Part shown: positions 18,688-26,063 of the stretch, in pieces | Position numbering within the stretch: position 1 is the first letter of the stretch | Layout of the letters: each line of letters opens with the position of its first letter | Source of the DNA: a virus | Direction: 5' to 3' (one strand) | DNA: 64,000 nucleotides | IMG/VR virus record: IMGVR_UViG_3300042375_000684 | Position numbers and translations under genes: made by a program | The notes under the pieces: model-generated | Told to the model about the DNA's origin: nothing | What the model saw: the letters and a program-made list of their open reading frames with translations, nothing else | The model's database searches: none

Positions 18688-19757
18688 CTAAAATTGTAAT
18701 GCCTTTCTTAATGAATGATGAAAACGATTTAGATTCACCAAGAGTTTCTGGCGGACTAGAACGATTCTCGCAGTTTATTTACAAATATGCAAATGCGGAA
18801 GTAATTCCGTTCTATTATAACCGAGATGATCGCAAAAATAGAACTGTAACGCCAAAGTTACTTGCATTTATACATAACCATAAACCTGACCTTGTTATTT
18901 CAAATCAAGATTCGGGAACTATTACAACTAATATCCAAAAAATGGTTGATGTACCTATGATGTGGATATCACATACAGCATCTGGTGGTATTTTTAAAAT
19001 CCCTCAACTTGATATGATGAAAGAGTTTGTCGACAACGGTGGTACTCTTGCTATGGTTAGTCAATGGCAATATGATGGTATGAATGATCTGTCCAAGAGA
19101 GTTCGGAGCAGAGAACTTGAATTAAATGGTGGTCTAATTAATTCTGCATTCTGCAATGGAGATGAACAAGTTTCTATGCAGATTGATTATGATTGTGTCA
19201 CCATTGGCAGAGTTGACAAGGAAAAAGATCCATTTCTTTTACATAAACTTGCAGGTAAGAGTGACTTGAAATCATTGGTTCTTACCTCTGCGTATGAATT
19301 ACTTCCAGTTCAACAAGAATACCTTGACAAGAATAACCATTGGGAAAGCCCAAAGGAAACCATGTTTAATCTAAAACACGTCGAAGTTATGGATCACCTA
19401 TCAAGATCTGGTGTTTATCTTTCCACTTGTGCCAGAGAGACCTGGGGTATTACTGCACTTGAAGCATTTGCTCGTGGTGTACCAGTAGTTTTATTCAGAA
19501 TTGGCGCTAATAAAAACAAACACGCTTCTGAGGATATTGCACCAGGACCAGAGTATTTTGAAGCAATGACTAATAAAACTGAGAAGGACTTCAAATTAGC
19601 AGTTGACAAATTACTAAAAGTTGATAGAATGGAACTATCACAAAAGACCAAAGAGAAACATTCCAAAGAAAATTGGGTGCAAACTCTTAATAATCTTATT
19701 GATAAAGCAATCGAAAATAAAAAGCAACATCAGAAACCTGTATCATGGTTTGATTAA
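18684..19757 (+). CDS. GT-B fold glycosyltransferase (GT4-like)
   Basis: SGGLER, IGRVDKEKD and the EX7E motif ETWGITALEAFARGVPVV. Confidence 0.88.
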   Translation: MTKIVMPFLMNDENDLDSPRVSGGLERFSQFIYKYANAEVIPFYYNRDDRKNRTVTPKLLAFIHNHKPDLVISNQDSGTITTNIQKMVDVPMMWISHTASGGIFKIPQLDMMKEFVDNGGTLAMVSQWQYDGMNDLSKRVRSRELELNGGLINSAFCNGDEQVSMQIDYDCVTIGRVDKEKDPFLLHKLAGKSDLKSLVLTSAYELLPVQQEYLDKNNHWESPKETMFNLKHVEVMDHLSRSGVYLSTCARETWGITALEAFARGVPVVLFRIGANKNKHASEDIAPGPEYFEAMTNKTEKDFKLAVDKLLKVDRMELSQKTKEKHSKENWVQTLNNLIDKAIENKKQHQKPVSWFD

Positions 19758-19768
19758 GAAAGTATATT

Positions 19769-20404
19769 ATGAAATTAATCTTTATAGATTTTGAAACAAT
19801 GGGCGATGATGTGCTCGAACCTTGTGCCGCAGTAGACATGGCTATACTTGTCGCCGATACGGATAAAATGTTGTCTGACAATCCTTATTCTTGTAGAGAC
19901 GTTACCCTTTCAAAGAAGTTTAAATTGTCAGTGAAAGATCAAGTCACGAATTATGGGTTTATTGTCCAAGATACTGCGCTTAAATTTTGGCAAGAAGTAT
20001 CACCAGAAGCTCGTAAACATGTCAAACCTTCCCCCGATGATCTTACCGTAGATCAGTTTATCAATCAACTGATTACACATATGAATACAATTGGTAAGTT
20101 TGACTATTGGTTCTCACGTGGTAATACTTTTGATCCAATTATTCTCCAAAGACTATTTAAAGTAGTTGGCAAAACTTACACCTTTAAGGAATATTTCCGA
20201 TTTAATAGAGTGCAAGATATGCGAACTCATATTAATGCTAAATTGAATAATCCCGTTACTACAAATATTACCCCAATCCAAGACGAAGAATTTTGGAAAT
20301 CAGTTTTTGTAGAGCACGACAGCGCGTGGGATATTCTTGCCGATATGCTGCGGTATCAAACAATCCTTAGACTAGAAAATGATTTAGAACAACCGAAAAG
20401 GTGA
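19769..20404 (+). CDS. dexA: DexA-like DEDDh 3'-5' exonuclease
   Basis: FIDFETMG, WFSRGNTFDPIIL, QDMRT and HDSAWD. Confidence 0.75.
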   Translation: MKLIFIDFETMGDDVLEPCAAVDMAILVADTDKMLSDNPYSCRDVTLSKKFKLSVKDQVTNYGFIVQDTALKFWQEVSPEARKHVKPSPDDLTVDQFINQLITHMNTIGKFDYWFSRGNTFDPIILQRLFKVVGKTYTFKEYFRFNRVQDMRTHINAKLNNPVTTNITPIQDEEFWKSVFVEHDSAWDILADMLRYQTILRLENDLEQPKR

Positions 20405-20407
20405 TAA

Positions 20408-21274
20408 ATGAAACTTGAAATAACTACAGAAGACTTACGAAAGTATTCCATATTCCTCGGCACTCCTATGTATGGAGGTAATTGCGCAGGTCTTTTTTGT
20501 AAATCTACAAATGATCTTTTTAAACTTTGTGCTACACATGGAATTGAGGTTAAAGAATATTTTCTTTTTAACGAGAGTTTAGTTCAACGTGCAAGAAATT
20601 ATGTTGTTGATGAATTTTTGCGATCAGATTGTACACATTTGATGTTTGTTGATGCTGATATTGGATTTAATCCTAAAGATGTATTAATGCTATTAGCACT
20701 GCAAATATCAGATCCGGTAAAATATCAGATTGTTACTGGTCCATATCCTAAGAAAACAATTGCATGGGAAAAAGTAAAATCTGCTGTTAAAAATGGCAAA
20801 GCAGAAAATCCTTCCGATCTTGCCTTTTATTCTGCAGATTATGTATTTAATCCTGCAAGAGAAGTTCAATCATTTAAAATTGACGAGCCAGTTGAAGTTG
20901 CCGAAGGTGGTACTGGGTTTATGCTTATTCCTAGAACTGTGCTAGAAAAATATTCTGCAGCATATCCAGAGTATAGTTATAAACCAGACCATGTAAGATC
21001 TGAAAATTTTAACGGTGATAGAGAAATCACTGCATTCTTTGATTGTGGAATTGATCCAGAAACAAAGCGGTATCTATCTGAGGATTATTTCTTCTGTAAA
21101 AATGCTCGTAAGATAGGTATTACAATTCATATGTGTCCATGGATGCAATTACAACATGTTGGAACTTATGTCTTCCGCGGCTCGATGGCAGCAATCGCAT
21201 CTATTGGAGCGTCTCCTACAGCAGGAGCCGATGCAAAAGCAAAGAAAAAGAATAAATTAGGGACAAGACCATGA
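20408..21274 (+). CDS. GT-A-like putative glycosyltransferase
   Basis: IFLGTPMYGG, ESLVQRARN, THLMFVDADIGF, GTGFMLI and YLSEDYFFC. Confidence 0.78.
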   Translation: MKLEITTEDLRKYSIFLGTPMYGGNCAGLFCKSTNDLFKLCATHGIEVKEYFLFNESLVQRARNYVVDEFLRSDCTHLMFVDADIGFNPKDVLMLLALQISDPVKYQIVTGPYPKKTIAWEKVKSAVKNGKAENPSDLAFYSADYVFNPAREVQSFKIDEPVEVAEGGTGFMLIPRTVLEKYSAAYPEYSYKPDHVRSENFNGDREITAFFDCGIDPETKRYLSEDYFFCKNARKIGITIHMCPWMQLQHVGTYVFRGSMAAIASIGASPTAGADAKAKKKNKLGTRP

Positions 21275-21615
21275 CAGACTCATTTTTGACACAACTACGA
21301 CAAAAGAATAATCAGCGCCAGACTATGTGGACTGGCGCTGAAAATGTTGATATTTTATTTCGAGCAGTAGAATTTGCTGGTGAAGCGGGTGAACTTGCAA
21401 ATGCCGTAAAGAAAGTTTATAGAGCACGGAATGGGATTATCGGCAATAACAAAGACATTAATGATCTTATGGAAAATCTAGTCGAGGAAATTGGTGATGT
21501 TCTCATCACTATCGACTTGCTTGCAAATGAATTTAACATCGACCTAGAGCAAGCGGTCAAGTCAAAGTTTAACAAAACATCCGAAAAAGTCAGTATTCCA
21601 GTATTTCTGGAGTAA
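21271..21615 (+). CDS. MazG-like NTP pyrophosphohydrolase 2
   Basis: GEAGELANAVKK...EEIGDVL...IDLEQAV..KF. Confidence 0.85.
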   Translation: MTDSFLTQLRQKNNQRQTMWTGAENVDILFRAVEFAGEAGELANAVKKVYRARNGIIGNNKDINDLMENLVEEIGDVLITIDLLANEFNIDLEQAVKSKFNKTSEKVSIPVFLE

Positions 21616-21621
21616 TTTTGG

Positions 21622-21649
21622 TTGACTTTTTCCCACATTATGATATATT
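21622..21649 (+). promoter_or_regulatory. sigma70-type promoter for the gp45 operon
   Basis: TTGACT-16 nt-TATATT with an extended TG. Confidence 0.65.
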
Positions 21650-21685
21650 CAATCTATTATATGACACTCATTGAAAGGAATTACT

Positions 21686-22348
21686 ATGAAATTTTCTGAA
21701 CGCACACTCACAGTTCTCAAGAATTTTGCGACAATTAACCCATCCATTATCTTTAAACCCGGCAAACAACTGCGCACTATCAGTCCACAAAAGACTGTAA
21801 TGGCTATTGCAAATATTGAGGACGAGATTCCTTCAGAAGCCTGTGTTTATGACATGTCTCGTTTCCTATCTACTTATGGACTATTCGGTGAACCAGATGT
21901 TCAATTTGAAAGTAATCATTTCACGATGGCTCAAGGTAAAACAAAGACCCGATATTACTTTGCTGACAAATCTATGATTATCGCCCCGCCAGAAAAAGAA
22001 ATCACTATTCCATCCAATGATGTTGAAGTTGAAATTGACTGGAATGATCTTCAATCTGTAATTAAAGCTGCTGGTGTTCTTCAACTACCAGAAGTTGCAT
22101 TCGTTGGTGATGGCGATACTTGTTCACTGAAGGCAATCGACTCAAATAATACAACTGCTGATACTTTCGGTGTGGAACTTGGTTCCACTGGTGATAAATT
22201 TCAATTGATTATCAAGACTGAAAATCTGAAACTAATTCCGCAGAAGTATAAGGTTACACTATGCTCAAAAGGTATTTCAAAGTTTGTATGTGATCAAGTT
22301 ACATACTTCATTGCTATTGAATCCAAATCAACATACAAGAAAGGCTAA
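21686..22348 (+). CDS. gp45: sliding clamp gp45
   Basis: MKFSERTLTVLKNFATINPSI; AIESKS C-terminus. Confidence 0.93.
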   Translation: MKFSERTLTVLKNFATINPSIIFKPGKQLRTISPQKTVMAIANIEDEIPSEACVYDMSRFLSTYGLFGEPDVQFESNHFTMAQGKTKTRYYFADKSMIIAPPEKEITIPSNDVEVEIDWNDLQSVIKAAGVLQLPEVAFVGDGDTCSLKAIDSNNTTADTFGVELGSTGDKFQLIIKTENLKLIPQKYKVTLCSKGISKFVCDQVTYFIAIESKSTYKKG

Positions 22349-22350
22349 TA

Positions 22351-22536
22351 ATGGAAACAAATATTAATTTAAGTGATATGATTACTATGGTAAATATCAT
22401 TGATGCTTGCACAGAACGTGGGGCATTCAAAGGTAACGAGTTGATAACTGTAGGAACACTACGTGAAAAAATTGCAAATTTTGTTCGTGAAAATCAATCA
22501 CAACAAGAACCTGTTACTAAGGAAAGTGCTGAATAA
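22351..22536 (+). CDS. small hypothetical protein
   Basis: IIDACTERGAFKGNEL..VG.LR motif, recalled as typical of this position in T4-like phages. Confidence 0.65.
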   Translation: METNINLSDMITMVNIIDACTERGAFKGNELITVGTLREKIANFVRENQSQQEPVTKESAE

Positions 22537-22584
22537 GCACTTTCCCATATTCGTATTGAAATTTTTGAAAAGGAATACTATATA

Positions 22585-23535
22585 ATGTCTCTTGATGTGA
22601 AATCCGACGAACTTCTATGGGTTCAAAAGTATCGTCCGCAAAAAGTCGATGATACAATTCTGCCTGTATTGACTAAAACTGCATTTCAGAAATTCATTAA
22701 TACCAGCAACATTCCAAATCTTCTTCTTGCTGGTTCACCGGGAACTGGTAAAACAACCGCAGCAAAAGCAATGCTTGAAGAAATGGCTTGCGATTACATT
22801 ATCATCAATGCTGCATTAAACCGCGGCATTGATACTGTTCGCAGTGAAATCTCAACCTTTGCATCTTCGATCTCTCTTACAGGTGGTCGCAAATACATCA
22901 TCCTAGACGAAGCTGATTATCTTACTCCTGATGCTCAAGCATCCATGCGTAACCTAATTGAAACCTTCTCTAAAAACTGTGGTTTTATCTTTACTTGTAA
23001 CTTTAAAAATCGCATCATTGCTCCACTTCGTTCTCGTCTTTCTGAGGTTGACTTCGCGATTGAAAAAACCGAAAAACCAAAGCTTGCCGCACAATTTTTC
23101 AAGCGCACACTTGCAATTCTTAATTCTGAAAATGTTGACTATGAACCAAAAGTTGTGGCAAAAGTCATTGAAAAATATTTCCCAGACTTCCGCCGAATCC
23201 TAAATGAACTTCAAAAATATGCTGGTAACGGTCGTATTGATGAAGGCATCTTTGCTGACTTCAAACAAGAGTCTATTGATGAACTCTTTTTACTCTTGAA
23301 GGAGAAAAACTTCACCGGTATGCGTAAATGGTGTGCAGATAATTCTGACCAAGATGCAAATGAAATCTTCCGTAAAATCTATGACACTGCGTCTGACAAA
23401 CTTGAATTGAAAAGTATGCCATCTTTTGTCGTGTCTCTTGCGGACTATATGTATAAATCTGCATTTGTCGCTGATCAAGAAATCAACCTTGTCGCTTTCC
23501 TTACTGAAATTATGATGGAAACGAGTTTCCGCTAA
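22585..23535 (+). CDS. gp44: clamp loader large subunit gp44
   Basis: LWVQKYRP, GSPGTGKTT, ILDEAD, PLRSR and PDFRR. Confidence 0.96.
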   Translation: MSLDVKSDELLWVQKYRPQKVDDTILPVLTKTAFQKFINTSNIPNLLLAGSPGTGKTTAAKAMLEEMACDYIIINAALNRGIDTVRSEISTFASSISLTGGRKYIILDEADYLTPDAQASMRNLIETFSKNCGFIFTCNFKNRIIAPLRSRLSEVDFAIEKTEKPKLAAQFFKRTLAILNSENVDYEPKVVAKVIEKYFPDFRRILNELQKYAGNGRIDEGIFADFKQESIDELFLLLKEKNFTGMRKWCADNSDQDANEIFRKIYDTASDKLELKSMPSFVVSLADYMYKSAFVADQEINLVAFLTEIMMETSFR

Positions 23536-23735
23536 TGCTATCCGGTCTGTTCAAGAAAAAAAATACAAATGTAACTTGTCACTTCTGCAAAATAGATATT
23601 GACAAAAGTGTTGCATTTGTGTTAAAATATAAAGCAGCGGATGGAAGTGGGTCGATGAATGTTTGCACAGAATGTTCACATTATCTCAACAATATTATAG
23701 ATACATGGGAAAGCCTCAATGAAAAAGACGACTAA
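23535..23735 (+). CDS. small zinc-finger protein
   Basis: CHFC...CTEC. Confidence 0.55.
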   Translation: MLSGLFKKKNTNVTCHFCKIDIDKSVAFVLKYKAADGSGSMNVCTECSHYLNNIIDTWESLNEKDD

Positions 23736-24249
23736 AAAAACCGCAGTGGTCCAACAAAAACTTTCTGCTAGAGATGATGACTTCCAGGAATTTAACTATT
23801 TTGGTCTTGGTAAACCAGAAGAACTTGAGGAGATTGATCTTTCCGAACTCAAAGAGGAAAACATGACCTTCAAGTTTGTTGAAGCTGTCTCTAAATCCAA
23901 GAAGGATCTTATTAGAGATGCTGAAATCCCCGAGGAGATGGAACGGAAATACAATCCATACATTACCAATAAAGCATTTTCATTCTACATTGATACAATA
24001 CTTCATGCAAATGAAATGAATGGTAAACACTGGGTATTTAAAGATGCCCAATTCCGATATTATCTTGGTGCCCTGCGGCCTCGTTACCGGAAAGGTGAAT
24101 GGTTTAAAGCTAAAAAGGACTCTGATCTAGACAATATCCAACAAGTCTATCAATGTAATAGAACTGTCGCCAAACAATACTTGAAAGTACTTTCAAAGGA
24201 GAACCTTGAATTGATAAATAATAGGGTCTCCAAAGGAGGCAACTCATAG
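23719..24249 (+). CDS. gp62: clamp loader small subunit gp62
   Basis: YNPYITNKAFSFYIDTILHANEMN...R.RY..W.K; lies between gp44 and regA. The start may be further downstream. Confidence 0.88.
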   Translation: MKKTTKKTAVVQQKLSARDDDFQEFNYFGLGKPEELEEIDLSELKEENMTFKFVEAVSKSKKDLIRDAEIPEEMERKYNPYITNKAFSFYIDTILHANEMNGKHWVFKDAQFRYYLGALRPRYRKGEWFKAKKDSDLDNIQQVYQCNRTVAKQYLKVLSKENLELINNRVSKGGNS

Positions 24250-24283
24250 TAATGAATAACAATAATAATAAAGGTGACCTTAT

Positions 24284-24688
24284 ATGGAAGACATTTTTCA
24301 CGGTGTTGGAGTTGAAATAGAACTACCTATACCAGAGAATTTCTTAAAAGTAAAAGAAACTCTCACACGAATTGGAATTGCATCTAGAAAAGATAAGAAA
24401 CTATATCAGTCTTGTCATATTTTACATAAACAAGGCAGATATGTAATTCTTCACTTCAAAGAACTTTTCATCCTAGATGGCAAGGAAAATAACTTTACAG
24501 AAGAAGATAAAGGTAGACGAAACACTATTGTAAATCTACTTGAAGAATGGGATTTGGTCAAAGTACTAAATTCTGAAAAAGTTCAAGATCCCGTGGCACC
24601 ATTAAGCCATATTAAGGTCTTATCGCATAAAGAAAAGAATCAATGGGAATTGACAAGTAAATATAATATCGGCAAAAAGAAAGGTTGA
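24284..24688 (+). CDS. regA: translational repressor RegA
   Basis: FLKVKETLTRIGIAS...LYQSCHILHKQGRY.I.HFKELF.LDG. Confidence 0.96.
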   Translation: MEDIFHGVGVEIELPIPENFLKVKETLTRIGIASRKDKKLYQSCHILHKQGRYVILHFKELFILDGKENNFTEEDKGRRNTIVNLLEEWDLVKVLNSEKVQDPVAPLSHIKVLSHKEKNQWELTSKYNIGKKKG

Positions 24689-24695
24689 TTACATA

Positions 24696-25208
24696 ATGAA
24701 AATATTTCGTTTAAATGACGCAGCAGAACTACCAGTTTTTGCAACAGAAGGTTCTGCTTGCTTTGATGTGAAAGTATGTCTTACCGCAGAAACAAGACTA
24801 AAAACCTACAGTCCACACAATAAAGAAATTATTGTGCCTACAAAATTTGCATCAGACGGTCGTGCAGTAACTGTATTGCATCCGCAATTTCGTACACTAG
24901 TTCCAACTGGTCTGATTTTTGATATTCCAAAGAATCATGTACTCAAAGTATTCCCAAGATCAAGTATGGCAGTTAAATATGGCATAGGTCTTGCAAATTC
25001 CACTGGTATCATTGATTATGATTATGTTGAAGAACTATTCATCCCAATATATAACATGGGTGATACACCAGTCAGTATCTACCACGGCGATCGTATTGCG
25101 CAGGGTATGCTAGAAGAAATTAAACAATACACGCTCGTAGAACGGAAGAGCCGCCCTGAACAAAAGACAGAGCGTGTGGGTGGAATCGGCTCAACCGGCA
25201 CTAACTAA
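24696..25208 (+). CDS. dut: trimeric dUTPase
   Basis: PRSS, GIIDYDY, RIAQ and R.GGIGSTG motifs. Confidence 0.92.
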   Translation: MKIFRLNDAAELPVFATEGSACFDVKVCLTAETRLKTYSPHNKEIIVPTKFASDGRAVTVLHPQFRTLVPTGLIFDIPKNHVLKVFPRSSMAVKYGIGLANSTGIIDYDYVEELFIPIYNMGDTPVSIYHGDRIAQGMLEEIKQYTLVERKSRPEQKTERVGGIGSTGTN

Positions 25209-25240
25209 CTTTATTTTACACATAGACACGGAGAAAACAA

Positions 25241-25486
25241 ATGAATAAGAACGGTTTTGAAATTCGTCTTGAAGTCCTCAAGATGGCAAAAGAAATGATG
25301 GATCAGCAGTATAGTGAAGCTTCCAATGCCTACTGGTCTGCCTGCTCAACTCTAGCAGAAAACTGGAATAAATCTGCTGCCGAACTAATTGAGCAGACTC
25401 AATCCATGAAGCCTGTTATGTATACACCTCAGGATATCATGACAAAGGCGCAAGAACTTTACGGATTTGTGGTCAAGAAAGACTAA
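25241..25486 (+). CDS. hypothetical protein
   Basis: KNGFEIRLEVLKMAKEM...AQELYGFV; SD GGAG. Confidence 0.7.
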   Translation: MNKNGFEIRLEVLKMAKEMMDQQYSEASNAYWSACSTLAENWNKSAAELIEQTQSMKPVMYTPQDIMTKAQELYGFVVKKD

Positions 25487-25492
25487 TCATAA

Positions 25493-25586
25493 TATAAATG
25501 AAGTGGGGATGCCTTATGGGTCCCCACTTTTAAACAGCCGGTTAGATGACGGCTATTACTAAAACTCGCTTAATAAGGAGAAACAA
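25493..25586 (+). promoter_or_regulatory. late-like promoter (TATAAATG) plus a three-hairpin hsp20 leader with a ROSE-like SD-sequestering stem
   Basis: Stems at 25501-25529 and 25536-25554, and CTC-G-CTT/AAT/AAGGAG at 25565-25580. Confidence 0.65.
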
Positions 25587-26030
25587 ATGACTATTGAACA
25601 ATTACTTCGTAACGATCCACTTTTTGTAGGTTTTGATCGTATTTTCGACCGCATGAATGCAGGAGCAAAACTTGCACCCATTCAAAAGTACCCACCATAC
25701 AATATCGTAAAAACGGATGAGAATGATTATCTCATCGAGCTAGCTGTTGCTGGTTTCGGTCCCAATGATATTGATATTGAGTTACACAACGGTGTTCTAA
25801 CTATCACTGGCAATATAGAAACTTCATCTGAAGATAAGTATGTTTATAAGGGTATTGCAAATAGATCCTTTGAGAGACGATTCACTCTCGCCGATACAGT
25901 TCAAGTTGAGGGTGTTGATCTGAATCAAGGTATTCTTACAGTCAAACTGAAGAACGTAATACCAGAAGAAAAGAAACCTCGAAAAATTCCTATTGGTAAA
26001 CCAACAGAGAAACAGTTACTTACTGAGTAA
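25587..26030 (+). CDS. hsp20: small heat-shock protein (IbpA/Hsp20)
   Basis: YPPYNI, IELAVAGF, KGIANRSFERRFTLA, GILTV and IPEEKKPRKI. Confidence 0.95.
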   Translation: MTIEQLLRNDPLFVGFDRIFDRMNAGAKLAPIQKYPPYNIVKTDENDYLIELAVAGFGPNDIDIELHNGVLTITGNIETSSEDKYVYKGIANRSFERRFTLADTVQVEGVDLNQGILTVKLKNVIPEEKKPRKIPIGKPTEKQLLTE

Positions 26031-26032
26031 CA

Positions 26033-26059
26033 AGAAGGGGAGCTTTTAGCTCCCCTTCT
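26033..26059. terminator. probable bidirectional intrinsic terminator
   Basis: 12-bp stem AGAAGGGGAGCT/AGCTCCCCTTCT between convergent genes. Confidence 0.8.
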
Positions 26060-26063
26060 AATT

